A stretch of 64,000 nucleotides of DNA, from IMG/VR virus record IMGVR_UViG_3300045988_117041; one strand, 5' to 3'. The position numbers were made by a program, and so were the translations under genes. Source of the stretch: a virus. The notes under the pieces were generated by a model. That model was not told the DNA's origin. It did not search any database and saw only the letters and a program-made list of their open reading frames with translations. Below, one piece after another: positions 17,090-27,291 of the stretch (within the stretch, counting starts at the first letter, position 1; each line of letters starts with the position of its first letter).

Positions 17090-18844
17090 GTGTCTCATAA
17101 ATTGGGACGTTTTATTTTGTGGTGGAAAATAACACTGTGTTTTCTGCTGTCATGGGTGTTAGACCTTTGTGACTGTACACTTGTTAGAATTATAGAGGTC
17201 ACAGTGTTTGCCGGGAGAGTGAAGACTACAGACCTAGTGAACATGATATTTAATTTCTGTGAGCTATATTCTGGCAAGACTATGTTCCCGTACCAAGCAC
17301 AGTTCTCAAAGAGGGTTATCCGTTCAATACTGTTAAATGACGGTGAAGAAATAACAGCCCTGTTTGCGCGACAATCTGGTAAGTCAGAGACCATAGCAAT
17401 AACAGTTGGTGGTCTTATGATTATGTTGCCACAGCTTGCCAATATGCCAATGTTCGCGGGAGACACAAGACTTGAAATGTTCAAAGACGGTCTCTGGGTT
17501 GGTATATTCGCACCCGGTAAACGACAAGCAGAGATTACTTATAACCGTGTAAGACAGCGGTTGCAGTGTAAGACCGCATTAGCAGTAATGCAAGACCCGG
17601 AATTTAATCTATACTTCCACACGTCCAACGGGCAAACGTGTTCACTGTCTAACGGTTCTTTCGTTACGTGTATATCAGCGTCAGACCAGTCCAACATTGA
17701 GGGTGAATCTTTCAAACTTATTATATGTGAGGAATGTCAAGACATATCCAACTATAAGATTAGAAAGTCCATACACCCAATGGGCGCCGCTTATAATGCT
17801 ACCATAGTTAAGATTGGTACTGCTACCACCTTTAAGGGTGATTTTTATGACGCTATACAGCGTAACAAGACCAACTACGAGCAGAAGAAAAAAGAGTACC
17901 GCAAGCGTGGCAGTAATATATCTACACTTGTTCGGAACCATTTTGAGTATGACTATAAAGTGGCCGCTAAGTATAACCCTAAGTACGCCAAGTATGTTGA
18001 ACAGGAAATGAAGCGTTTAGGCGAAAACTCAGACGAGTTTAGAATGGCCTATAAACTAGAGTGGATTATCGAACGTGGTATGTTCGTTGATATAGATAAG
18101 TTTGAGGTTGCAAATGGTGAACCAATGCTTGAACGTGTTTCTTATGACAAGAAAGCTAAACACGTTGCTGGTATAGACGTAGGTGGTAAGAATGACGATA
18201 CCATTATCACCATAGTAGAGGTAGACTGGTCTATGCCTGTTATCATGGAGGAACGTACAGAAGATTCCGGGCAAAGAATCATGTATGAAGCGTATAACAC
18301 CTTTATTGTAGACTGGTGTTGTATAGCAAATGAGCCGGATTATGAAATTCAGTACAACATGATAATACACTACTTAAACAATTTCTGGGTAGTCCGTGTT
18401 GTGTGTGACGCAACCAGAGAGGCAAGTTTGGCCCATAGACTAAGAGCAAATTTAAGGTGTGAAGTCATACCATACATTTTCACCACGGTGTCTAAGTCCG
18501 AACTGTACAAGCTGTTAGACACAGAAATATCTTCCGGGCGCGCAAGAGTTCCATGCGGTGAAGCTACGAAAGAGACCAAAGAGTATAAGTCATTCATGAA
18601 GCAGTTAGGTGATTTACAAAAAGGCTGGTCTGGTGCGCACATGGTATGTTGCCACGGTTCCGGGAAAGACGACCATGATGATTACTGTGACAGTTGGGCT
18701 TTAGCTGTGTGGGGTGCTAGTAGTAAGGGAGAAGAAAATAACACAGAGACACGGGAAAATAAGTTCATGAAGAAGACACCAAACGAAAAGACCGCAAACA
18801 ACAGACGTAATTGTTTGACGGCGCGAAGAATGAGAAGGAGGTAA
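17090..18844 (+). CDS. terminase large subunit (start uncertain: GTG 17090 or ATG 17252)
   Basis: Walker A-like FARQSGKSET, Walker B LIICEECQD, and a C-terminal nuclease-like region. The first 54 codons are hydrophobic and atypical. No obvious small terminase lies upstream. Confidence 0.85.
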   Translation: MSHKLGRFILWWKITLCFLLSWVLDLCDCTLVRIIEVTVFAGRVKTTDLVNMIFNFCELYSGKTMFPYQAQFSKRVIRSILLNDGEEITALFARQSGKSETIAITVGGLMIMLPQLANMPMFAGDTRLEMFKDGLWVGIFAPGKRQAEITYNRVRQRLQCKTALAVMQDPEFNLYFHTSNGQTCSLSNGSFVTCISASDQSNIEGESFKLIICEECQDISNYKIRKSIHPMGAAYNATIVKIGTATTFKGDFYDAIQRNKTNYEQKKKEYRKRGSNISTLVRNHFEYDYKVAAKYNPKYAKYVEQEMKRLGENSDEFRMAYKLEWIIERGMFVDIDKFEVANGEPMLERVSYDKKAKHVAGIDVGGKNDDTIITIVEVDWSMPVIMEERTEDSGQRIMYEAYNTFIVDWCCIANEPDYEIQYNMIIHYLNNFWVVRVVCDATREASLAHRLRANLRCEVIPYIFTTVSKSELYKLLDTEISSGRARVPCGEATKETKEYKSFMKQLGDLQKGWSGAHMVCCHGSGKDDHDDYCDSWALAVWGASSKGEENNTETRENKFMKKTPNEKTANNRRNCLTARRMRRR

Positions 18845-18847
18845 CAA

Positions 18848-20440
18848 ATGAATAGTTTCAGCAGGACACTTGATAGTACACCGTCTTACTTATTAGACCC
18901 GGTGTTAAGCAGTGGTGAGTTGTCCACCAAACAGAAAGAAGACCTTGAAAACCAGATAAGAGCGTGGAACTTCTATAAGGGGTATCACTGGGAAGAACTG
19001 CCAGAGCAGGACAAACCAGAGATTACCGTGAACTACTGTAGAAAGTTCGTGGATAAGTATGTAGCGTTTGAGTTAGGTAATTCATTCACCATCACAGTGA
19101 ACAAGAAGTTAGACGAAGAAGTGTTGACAGAAGATGGTGAAACACTGTTAGACTACCTTAACAACGTGTGGGTGAATAATAATCAATATGACCTAACCGT
19201 TGAGATAGGTCAGATGAAAGCAATCACCGCCAGAGCGTGGGTTCAAGTCCGTTTTGAAGAACCGGGAGAGTTTGAAGACCCATTCGGTTTTTATCCGAAG
19301 GGCCGCATAAGGTTGTTACTTCATAACAGTAAGACAGTGTTTGCGGATTATGATGAACACGATAAGACAAAGCTGGTGAAACTTACTTTAATGTACTACT
19401 ATGACACCTACACCTCAGTAGGTTTAACACGTAGACCCACACTGACTAAAGTCCAGTATAAGCAAGTATGGACTAAAGATAGTTGTGTTGTTACAGACAA
19501 TGGTGTATCAAAGACCTACCCTAATAGATATGGTATCATACCGTTTGTGCAGATAAAGAATTTAAGTGACGCAGACACCACCTGGGGACGTGGAGACCTT
19601 GATGATATTATTCCTCTTAATATGGAAGTGAATCTTAAAAAGAGTGATATATCGGAAATCATTGAGTATCATTCCGCACCCATCACGATTGTGTATGGTG
19701 CAAAGATTGGTAGTCTTGAAAAGGGCGCGAATAAAATGTGGGGTGGTATACCCAAAGACGCGAAAGTACAGAACCTTGAAATGCAGAGTGAGTTAGGCGC
19801 GTCAAGGGCATATGTAGACGATACCAAAGAGGAAATGTGCCAGATAGCAAGTGTACCTAGTCAGTCTTTAGGTGGTGCTACAGCTATCAGTAATACCAGT
19901 GGTGTTGCACTACAGTATATCAACCTTCCGTTGATTGAGCAGGTGAAAATTAAGCGGCAGAATACACAGTCCGGGATTGAAGCAATAAACCGTTTAATAA
20001 TTCTTATCAGTGAGATAGAGGGACTTATTGAACACCCTACGTCTGTTACTATCACAACGAAGGAAGAAGACGAAGTGACCGGGGAAATTATAGAGACCAC
20101 AGAAACAGTCCCGGTGTCAAACAAAGAGTTCTACACAACGGAAGTAAGACTTCCAGACACCTTACCTAAAGATATGCTGTTAGAGTTACAGCAGATTCAG
20201 ATGGAAATGAAGATGGGACTTGAAGATAGACGCGGTGCTTTAATAAGACTTAAGAGAGAAGACCCGGAAGCTAGGATTAAAGCCATAGACAAAGACAGAG
20301 CAGAGCACCCAGATGTGTATGGTATCAATCCGCAGATGGGAGAACAAGACCCCCAGTTGAACAGTGGGTTCACGAATGGACAAACACCTGTAGAGCAGGT
20401 AAGAACAGAAATAACAGGCAGTAACGGTATGTCTAATTAG
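18848..20440 (+). CDS. portal protein
   Basis: 530 aa, immediately after TerL, with SD aaggagg. The length and acidic C-terminus fit an SPP1-type portal. Confidence 0.8.
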   Translation: MNSFSRTLDSTPSYLLDPVLSSGELSTKQKEDLENQIRAWNFYKGYHWEELPEQDKPEITVNYCRKFVDKYVAFELGNSFTITVNKKLDEEVLTEDGETLLDYLNNVWVNNNQYDLTVEIGQMKAITARAWVQVRFEEPGEFEDPFGFYPKGRIRLLLHNSKTVFADYDEHDKTKLVKLTLMYYYDTYTSVGLTRRPTLTKVQYKQVWTKDSCVVTDNGVSKTYPNRYGIIPFVQIKNLSDADTTWGRGDLDDIIPLNMEVNLKKSDISEIIEYHSAPITIVYGAKIGSLEKGANKMWGGIPKDAKVQNLEMQSELGASRAYVDDTKEEMCQIASVPSQSLGGATAISNTSGVALQYINLPLIEQVKIKRQNTQSGIEAINRLIILISEIEGLIEHPTSVTITTKEEDEVTGEIIETTETVPVSNKEFYTTEVRLPDTLPKDMLLELQQIQMEMKMGLEDRRGALIRLKREDPEARIKAIDKDRAEHPDVYGINPQMGEQDPQLNSGFTNGQTPVEQVRTEITGSNGMSN

Positions 20441-20447
20441 TGCGATT

Positions 20448-20481
20448 GAACACCTTCCAAGTGAGGGTGTTCTTTCTTTTT
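20448..20481 (+). terminator. rho-independent terminator
   Basis: gaacacc 20448-20454 pairs with ggtgttc 20466-20472, followed by TTTCTTTTT. Confidence 0.75.
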
Positions 20482-20562
20482 ATAGTCAAACCTCTTTACA
20501 ACACCGTAAAATAATGGTATCATAACTGACATACAATAAACCATATGGAGGTAGAAGTAAAA

Positions 20563-21363
20563 ATGTATAAAGGACTTGTACAGAAAGCAGAAGATACTGT
20601 TAAAAGACTGATTGACAAGTTGGTTGTTGGAATGACCCTGGACGTATTCGCAGAAGGTGAGGAACCCGCGAAGACTGAACCGCCCGCAGACCCGGCCCCT
20701 GTTACTGCTCCCGCTCCGTCCGTTGACATTGCCGCTCTCATAGCGCAGGTAAGGACAGAGGAAAAGAACAAGTTATATCCTCAGATTACAAAACTCAAAG
20801 AGGAAGTAGCAAAGTATAAAGGTCTTTACGAGACAGTGACCGCCGAGAAGGTTGAGTTAGGGAAAGAGGTCAAAGCACTCAAAGAAAAGCTAGAAGGTGT
20901 TGAAGACCCGGAGTTAATCCAGACCTTGAACGCCAAGATTGCGGAACTTGAAGGTAAACTTGCAGAGAAACCGGACGAAACTGCTATTCGTGCAGAGATT
21001 CGCGCTGAACTGGAAAAAGAGCAGGAGGTTAAAGACTACATAAAGAAGGTCAAGGACGAGAACAGTAATGTTCTGCTTTCAGTGTTTGCGGACAACATCA
21101 AAGGAACTACAGTAGAAGAAGTGGACACTGCTTTAGCGGACGCTATTGAGAAGTCCAAGAAGACCCGCAAAGATTTAGGTCTGCCAGAGGAAGGTACTGC
21201 TACTAAGAAGACCAACACCAAGAAGCAGACCACCGAACAGCCCCCAGTCGCTAACCCGCAGGTTACTACTACGTCCCCGGCAGTAGCATTAAGTGTTCTT
21301 AAGAACATGGACGTGCGTTCTGACGAGTACAAAGAGTACCGCAAAAAGATGGGATTTAAGTAA
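20563..21363 (+). CDS. scaffolding protein
   Basis: Coiled-coil, E/K-rich protein between the portal and capsid genes. The ATG at 20563 lies 9 nt after ggagg. Confidence 0.7.
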   Translation: MYKGLVQKAEDTVKRLIDKLVVGMTLDVFAEGEEPAKTEPPADPAPVTAPAPSVDIAALIAQVRTEEKNKLYPQITKLKEEVAKYKGLYETVTAEKVELGKEVKALKEKLEGVEDPELIQTLNAKIAELEGKLAEKPDETAIRAEIRAELEKEQEVKDYIKKVKDENSNVLLSVFADNIKGTTVEEVDTALADAIEKSKKTRKDLGLPEEGTATKKTNTKKQTTEQPPVANPQVTTTSPAVALSVLKNMDVRSDEYKEYRKKMGFK

Positions 21364-21393
21364 ACCACAACACCAAGGAGGTAAAGATTTAAC

Positions 21394-22458
21394 ATGAAGA
21401 AAAACAAGTTATTTAACAGTGTAGCAGACATTCTGACGGGTCTGTTTACTATGGACGTACACGCCGAAGGAATGGTTGCTACAGCAGTGGTAGAAACAGA
21501 TAACAATTCCGCCGCTGATAAGCTGGACTACGGCACTCGTGAAGTATGGTCTAAAGAGATTGAGTACAAGGCCATGCCTTTGATGATGTTCTATCAGTTC
21601 GCCACGATTAAGACAGAGTTAGGAGTTGAGCCGGGACTTACCATCAATATGCTGACCTGGGACAACCTTAAGCTGGGTGGTGCTTTAACTGAGTTGACGG
21701 ACATGAAGACCCAGGCGTTAAGCAATTCCTTGAAGCAGATTACCGTACAGGAATACGGCAATGCTGTAAGTGCTTCTGAACTGCTTATCCGTTCTTCTTT
21801 CCTGGACGTTATGCAGAACACCACTACCCTGTTAGGACGTGACTACGCCCTTGTCCTGGACACCGAGTTAAGAGACTGTGCGTTGACTGGTATGAACCGT
21901 GTGTATGCGTCCAGAGGTGATGGCACCAAAGTGGCCGCAAGAAAAGACCTGGACGAGACCTGTAAGCTGAAAGTTGCCACCATCAAAGACTGTATCGAGA
22001 TTCTGGCTACTAACAATGCACCTATGTACAACGGTACTGACTGGATTTGTTTCGTACACCCACATCAGGCCAGAGATATTCGTGACGACGCCGCATGGAT
22101 TAACACCTCCAATTATGGTGCACCTACACTTCCGTTCACTGGGGAAATTGGTCGTATTGACAACACACGTTTCATCCAGACTACTTTAATGTGCAATGGT
22201 GCCGCACCTGAGGACGACCCTGGCTACAAAGCTGAGCTTAAGAAAGGTGCCGGTGATGGTGGCTCTCAGAATAAGACTAATATATATCAGGCAGTTATTT
22301 TTGGTGAAGCTTACTATGGTCTTGCACAGTCTTTACCTGTCGAACTAAGAGATAATGGTGTAGAAGATTTTGGGCGTAAGAGAAGCCTTGCATGGTACTC
22401 CATCTTTGGTGTTGGCAAACTGCATGACAACTACGGTGTTGTAATCGAGACCGCATAA
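21394..22458 (+). CDS. major capsid protein (HK97-fold type)
   Basis: 354 aa after the scaffold gene, with SD aaggagg. Position and size are typical. Confidence 0.8.
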   Translation: MKKNKLFNSVADILTGLFTMDVHAEGMVATAVVETDNNSAADKLDYGTREVWSKEIEYKAMPLMMFYQFATIKTELGVEPGLTINMLTWDNLKLGGALTELTDMKTQALSNSLKQITVQEYGNAVSASELLIRSSFLDVMQNTTTLLGRDYALVLDTELRDCALTGMNRVYASRGDGTKVAARKDLDETCKLKVATIKDCIEILATNNAPMYNGTDWICFVHPHQARDIRDDAAWINTSNYGAPTLPFTGEIGRIDNTRFIQTTLMCNGAAPEDDPGYKAELKKGAGDGGSQNKTNIYQAVIFGEAYYGLAQSLPVELRDNGVEDFGRKRSLAWYSIFGVGKLHDNYGVVIETA

Positions 22459-22472
22459 GAAGGAGGTACACA

Positions 22473-22703
22473 ATGGCCTATTCGTTAGCAGAAATTAAAA
22501 GAGCGTGTTTATACGCTGGCACTAAGCCGGACGATTTAGCAAAAATCATCAACACTTTGCAGACCAGCGGAACACCCGGTGTAGGTGTAAAGACCATTAC
22601 AGGTACGATTGACGCGAGTAATAAACTTACGTTGACTTTTACACTGACCGATAACACTACACAGACCGTTGAGGGTACTATCACACCTACACCAGCGGCT
22701 TAA
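22473..22703 (+). CDS. small head-associated protein (possible decoration protein)
   Basis: 76 aa with SD gaaggagg. The C-terminus is beta-rich and T-rich. Confidence 0.5.
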   Translation: MAYSLAEIKRACLYAGTKPDDLAKIINTLQTSGTPGVGVKTITGTIDASNKLTLTFTLTDNTTQTVEGTITPTPAA

Positions 22704-22737
22704 AATTTGAACGAGAAGCAGAAAGGAAGGACGTATC

Positions 22738-23199
22738 ATGGCAAAGCCACCCAGGAGAAAAGTTCCAGCACCAAATACCAACACCACAGGAGAAGCATAC
22801 GTTGACGACACAGAGTTAGAAGACGGTGCCGACAATGTAGAAGATACCATCACAGAAGGATTTTCCGAAGATACAGCAGAAGACGGGGAAGTAGCCCCCG
22901 CCGTAGAAGACATCGAAGACGAGACAGAAGCCGAGACTGGCGTTACCTTTAACTACCCCACTATGGAAGAAATGGATGAGGAAGAAGACGAAGACACAGA
23001 GACCGAAGCTAGTGTTCACTTTGTAGGTTCTACACCTAAGAAAGACACCCCGGACGCACTTGTCAAAGTCCGTATTTCCTGTCACAAGCAGTTTGTAGTC
23101 GGCGGTGAGAGGTATGATATGTACCCCGGAAAGACCTACCTTGTTCCCAAGAATGTTAAAGACGTTTTGCGGGAGAATGACCTGTTAAGACCTCTTTAA
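22738..23199 (+). CDS. hypothetical acidic protein
   Basis: SD aaaggaagg. D/E/T-rich N-terminal half. Confidence 0.55.
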   Translation: MAKPPRRKVPAPNTNTTGEAYVDDTELEDGADNVEDTITEGFSEDTAEDGEVAPAVEDIEDETEAETGVTFNYPTMEEMDEEEDEDTETEASVHFVGSTPKKDTPDALVKVRISCHKQFVVGGERYDMYPGKTYLVPKNVKDVLRENDLLRPL

Positions 23200-23220
23200 T
23201 CAAGTAAGAAAGGGGAAGTA

Positions 23221-24036
23221 ATGACTGTAAAAGACCTTATTGATTATCTGAGGTTATCAGTCAGTGTTTCTACCCCAGGTGATGTTGTGGAAAGTACGGA
23301 CTTCTTAAGCATGACTGATGAAGACCTAACCCTGTTCTTGCAGATTGCAATGACAAGGGACTTTCCACAGATACCTACTTTGGAACGTTTACCTGCTGAG
23401 AGTGTCTACCCGTTAATGTTGCTTGCTAAAAAGGAGTTGTACTACACCATGGCGTGTAAGTTCGCACCCCAGTTTAGTTTAGTGGCAGACAATAACAACC
23501 AGTTAATGAGAAAAGGTAAATTTGACTCTATTATGAAACTTATTGCGCAAGTTGATAAAGAATATCAAGATTACCTTGAAGACGGTGGAGGGAGTGGAAC
23601 AAATGGAACACTATCAACTTATAATGTACTGTTACCGAGTAGGTACGACACCAAGTACAATTATGAGCATGGTTCCGTTCCATTCCCTCTTATTTATGTA
23701 GACAGGGTGTATGAGGACAAAGTAGAAATTAGCTGGACGTGCTCGTTTAGCAAATTCGCTTGTTACCGTGTGTATTTTTCCAGCAAACCCATTGTTGACA
23801 AGTACGCCGGGAGCAAGAATTTAATCACCACAGGTTCAACACTGATTAAGACCATCAAGGACGTACACCAATGTAAGTGTCGTATAAGTAACCTGTTACC
23901 GGGTACTGAATACCACATTGCTGTAGCGGGTGTTGAAATGAGCGGGTTAATTGGTGCAGATGAAGTAACAATAAACACACTTCCCACAGTACAGGACGTA
24001 GAGCCGTTAGTTGACTATACGGACGTTAGTATTTAA
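23221..24036 (+). CDS. head-tail connector-like protein with C-terminal FN3-like domain
   Basis: The N-terminus (VKDLIDYLRLSVS...DEDLTLFLQIAMTR) resembles gp6-type connectors. The C-terminus has the FN3 signature LLPGTEYHIAVAGV. Confidence 0.5.
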   Translation: MTVKDLIDYLRLSVSVSTPGDVVESTDFLSMTDEDLTLFLQIAMTRDFPQIPTLERLPAESVYPLMLLAKKELYYTMACKFAPQFSLVADNNNQLMRKGKFDSIMKLIAQVDKEYQDYLEDGGGSGTNGTLSTYNVLLPSRYDTKYNYEHGSVPFPLIYVDRVYEDKVEISWTCSFSKFACYRVYFSSKPIVDKYAGSKNLITTGSTLIKTIKDVHQCKCRISNLLPGTEYHIAVAGVEMSGLIGADEVTINTLPTVQDVEPLVDYTDVSI

Positions 24037-24048
24037 GGGGGTGTTGTC

Positions 24049-24471
24049 ATGGCACAAGACCTGTCCATACAGAAAGCGTTTCTTGACGGCATGAAAGAGT
24101 TGTGGGACACAGTATTCACAACTGTAGACCTAGTTCTCCTGGACACAGACAACACCATCATAAATGAAGTGTATAGCGAAGTCGTGGGAGATAAAATATA
24201 CTTACCACCTTTAACGTTACCAGCGAAGGTAGATTTATCGTTGCATAAACTGAGTGACGATACAGAAGGTAAAAGTTATAATGCAACGTTTAGATTCCCC
24301 ACAAAGGTATTTTTAGACAATAACATTGACCTATCTGTTAAGGGACTTGATACATTGCGGAAAGCAAAGATTGAGTACCAAGGTGCAGGGTATGAGATTC
24401 AAGACATAAAGCCACAAACAAATATACAAGGTGTGTATCTGTTCTATCAGTTCTTATGCAACGAGGTGTAG
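24049..24471 (+). CDS. hypothetical head-tail joining protein
   Basis: Assigned by position within the head-tail joining block. SD aaggggg. Confidence 0.45.
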   Translation: MAQDLSIQKAFLDGMKELWDTVFTTVDLVLLDTDNTIINEVYSEVVGDKIYLPPLTLPAKVDLSLHKLSDDTEGKSYNATFRFPTKVFLDNNIDLSVKGLDTLRKAKIEYQGAGYEIQDIKPQTNIQGVYLFYQFLCNEV

Positions 24472-24473
24472 CC

Positions 24474-24959
24474 ATGGCGAATACAGTGAGTTTCAAAAAG
24501 ACTGGACAGTGGCAGAAAGCGGGTGTTGTGTTAAAGCATACTAGCGCAAGACTGAATCCCGCATTTAAAGCCAAGCTGTACGAGAACGGGGACATGATAC
24601 TTGAACGTATCAAAGGACACATAGACGCACAAGACCTACCGTGGACACCATTAAGCCAGCAGACAATACAACGTAAAGGTCATGACACAATTTATGTAGA
24701 AACCGGGTTTTTAAGGGATAACTTAGAAGTCCGAAAAGTAAAGTCTACGACATATGGTGTTACACTGTTTGTAGGTGCAAGCGCGTGGAAAAGAACACCA
24801 AAGGGTGTTAAACTAAGTGACCTAATGATATGGTTAGAGTATGGCACATCACGTATACCGCCCAGACCCTTAATAAGACCCACGTTTGAAGAAGTGGAAG
24901 GACTTATTAAAAATGAGTGGGCCGACCTATTAAAAGACATAGTAGAAGGGAGGGTGTAA
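24474..24959 (+). CDS. HK97 gp10-family tail-completion protein
   Basis: The ATG at 24474 follows gaggtg. The C-terminus (YGTSRIPPRPLIRPTFEE) is typical of the gp10 family. Confidence 0.65.
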   Translation: MANTVSFKKTGQWQKAGVVLKHTSARLNPAFKAKLYENGDMILERIKGHIDAQDLPWTPLSQQTIQRKGHDTIYVETGFLRDNLEVRKVKSTTYGVTLFVGASAWKRTPKGVKLSDLMIWLEYGTSRIPPRPLIRPTFEEVEGLIKNEWADLLKDIVEGRV

Positions 24960-25014
24960 CATCATAGCAGAGTATTTCCCTAATACTGTAGACAGACAAG
25001 AAATTGACCGGGCC

Positions 25015-25563
25015 TTGATTGAATACATCAAGTCCAAAGTCAAAGTGAACGGTAAGATTATAAATGTGTTTGTGCGCAAGTATGACACAGATTTTAAGAA
25101 GGTAACTAAACCGTGTGCTTCTGTCTATGTCACCGGGTTTACAAAAGACCCAACAAGACAATCACCATTCGGCACTGAAATAGTGTTAGGCAAAGATAAA
25201 GTGAATAAGACCGTATCAATGCAGAAAAGCGGAACCGCAGTAGAATACACCTACAGCATTGACTTCTGGTCTGATACACAGAGCGAGTTTAACATAATGA
25301 CAGAGCAGTGGTTGTTGTCCAGCAGTTTCAGTAAATGGTTTAATCTTCCCGTGAAAGACAGCAAAGGACTTGATACAACGCTTTTGTGTTTAGAGCGCAC
25401 AGGTGTTATATCACAGACAGAGGTGGAAGAAAATAAAGAAGCAGATAACTACAGGTTGTTCCATAGTTCACAAGTGTACAGTATATACACCTACTATGAA
25501 GGTGAAGTATATGACGCACCTATGGTAACAGACGTTTCATTTGACACGGAGGTATTAAAGTGA
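25015..25563 (+). CDS. hypothetical tail protein (possible tail terminator); true start may be non-canonical at 24961
   Basis: The TTG at 25015 lacks an SD. The frame is open from 24946, and a strong SD gaagggaggg lies 6 nt before ATC 24961. Confidence 0.5.
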   Translation: MIEYIKSKVKVNGKIINVFVRKYDTDFKKVTKPCASVYVTGFTKDPTRQSPFGTEIVLGKDKVNKTVSMQKSGTAVEYTYSIDFWSDTQSEFNIMTEQWLLSSSFSKWFNLPVKDSKGLDTTLLCLERTGVISQTEVEENKEADNYRLFHSSQVYSIYTYYEGEVYDAPMVTDVSFDTEVLK

Positions 25564-25775
25564 TTGTAAGAGAGATTAAGGGTTGCTATCACTGTATCAC
25601 GCTTTCCGACAAGACCACGTTAAGGTTATTTCCCCGTAAGACCGTAGAAGTCGCGGACGCTCTTGTATCTAAAGAGATTCACGACCTTGAAGACGCGGGC
25701 GAAGTGATGTTAAGTGCTTCACCGAAGAAAGCACCAGTACAGAATGACGACAACAAAGAAGGAGGTAAGAAATAA
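25560..25775 (+). CDS. hypothetical protein (71 aa)
   Basis: GTG start 8 nt after ggagg. Overlaps the stop of the previous gene. Confidence 0.5.
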   Translation: MIVREIKGCYHCITLSDKTTLRLFPRKTVEVADALVSKEIHDLEDAGEVMLSASPKKAPVQNDDNKEGGKK

Positions 25776-27274
25776 TGGCAGGAGAGTATTTAACACCGCA
25801 GGTCAAAGTTATCAACACTAAGACCTCAAAGTCCCCCAACAAGGGTTCCAGTGCAACTACTGGTGTTCTGATTGGTGTTACGCAGAGAGGGCCGATTGGT
25901 GTTCCCACGAAAGTGTCGTCCTGGGAAGAATACATTGAGAAGTTTGCTTATGGCATGGAAACACCGTTCCTGGTGGACAGCTACTTAGCATACTCCGTGT
26001 ATGGCTTTTTCCAGAACGCCAACGCTGTGTTGAACGCGGGCGAAGTGAGTAAGGGTGCAGACCTTTATATCATGCGTGTAGCGTCCACTACTGCAAAGGC
26101 TTCTACATTCAGTGCAACGTCCGATGAATCACCTTTGGTTATCAATGCCAAAGACAAAGGTAAGTGGGGCAATAAAGTCAAAGTCGTGTTACAGGTGAAC
26201 AAAGAAGAATCTACACTGGTTGACTGTATCGTGTATATCGGTGCTGAGAAGAAAGAGCAGTTTTCCCGGCTGACAAAGACAGCCTCCAGTCCCAAGTTCT
26301 ATGAGACCTGGATTAACGATAACAGCCAGTTTATCAATGTAGTTGCTGGCAACTTTACAGCGAACACCTATGACACAGCCTTTGCACTCGCTGGTGGTAC
26401 TGATGGCACCGAAGATTTAACAGACGAGATTTACAAAAGTATGCTTGTGAACCTGGACGAGATTGAAGACGCAAGACCTATCGCAATTCCGGGAGAGACA
26501 AGCGAAGGTCTCACCACAGCTTTGATTGACTATTGTAGTAACCGTAGAAACGGAGACCTGTTCCCTGTACTTGATGGTGCAAAGACAGCAGACGTTGACG
26601 CAATCAAGACGTACAAGACAGCTATTGCTGGAACGCCCGGTGCTTTGTACTATCCGTGGTTGAAAGTGTCTGACCCGCTGTCCGTGTCTTCCAGTGCTAC
26701 CATTGATTGTCCTACCTGCGGTCATGTGATGGGTGTCATTGCAAGAATCGCTAACAGTCGTGGTGTGTGGAAAGCACCTGCCGGGACAGAAGCCGTAGTC
26801 GTAGGTGCTGTAGGTCTTACCCGTAAGTTAAAGATTGGCGAAGACACAGACCAGTTAAGCCCTAACGGTATCAACGCTATCCTTGTTAAGCCAGAGTACG
26901 GCATTGTTGTATGGGGTGCAAGAACAATGGACAGCGAAGATATGGAGTATGTGTCCGACCAGTTGTTTAATATGTACTTAAGAACCACGCTGGACACACA
27001 GACACAGTGGGCCGTGTTTGAGCCGAACAAGGCAATTACCAGAACCAAACTTTCCACCCAGGTTGAAGGTATCATGTATGACCTGTTCAAACAGGGTGCT
27101 TTTGCTGGTGAAGCAGAAGACGGTTCTGATAGTTATTTTGTGCAGTGTGATGATTCCATCAATACCCAGCAGGTCATTGATAACCACAAGATTGTGTGTA
27201 AGGTGGGTTACGCACTTTCCAAGCCAGCAGAGTTTGTGGTGTTCTACCTGTCCCACAACTTAGAGACACAGTAA
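25775..27274 (+). CDS. tail sheath protein
   Basis: 499 aa. The C-terminal block GINAILVKPEYGIVVWGARTM...WAVFEPN matches the recalled sheath signature. Confidence 0.9.
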   Translation: MAGEYLTPQVKVINTKTSKSPNKGSSATTGVLIGVTQRGPIGVPTKVSSWEEYIEKFAYGMETPFLVDSYLAYSVYGFFQNANAVLNAGEVSKGADLYIMRVASTTAKASTFSATSDESPLVINAKDKGKWGNKVKVVLQVNKEESTLVDCIVYIGAEKKEQFSRLTKTASSPKFYETWINDNSQFINVVAGNFTANTYDTAFALAGGTDGTEDLTDEIYKSMLVNLDEIEDARPIAIPGETSEGLTTALIDYCSNRRNGDLFPVLDGAKTADVDAIKTYKTAIAGTPGALYYPWLKVSDPLSVSSSATIDCPTCGHVMGVIARIANSRGVWKAPAGTEAVVVGAVGLTRKLKIGEDTDQLSPNGINAILVKPEYGIVVWGARTMDSEDMEYVSDQLFNMYLRTTLDTQTQWAVFEPNKAITRTKLSTQVEGIMYDLFKQGAFAGEAEDGSDSYFVQCDDSINTQQVIDNHKIVCKVGYALSKPAEFVVFYLSHNLETQ

Positions 27275-27291
27275 GAAGGAGGATAAAGCAA

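Noticed and set aside
17090-17251. Small terminase or separate leader peptide encoded in the 5' 54 codons of the TerL ORF
   Set aside because: The peptide is hydrophobic and Cys-rich with no resemblance to TerS. It is more likely an uncertain start call, and it is noted in the TerL feature instead.
19238-19250. T-arm-like GGGTTCAAGTCC inside the portal gene
   Set aside because: No cloverleaf can be built around it. It sits in frame within a well-supported CDS.
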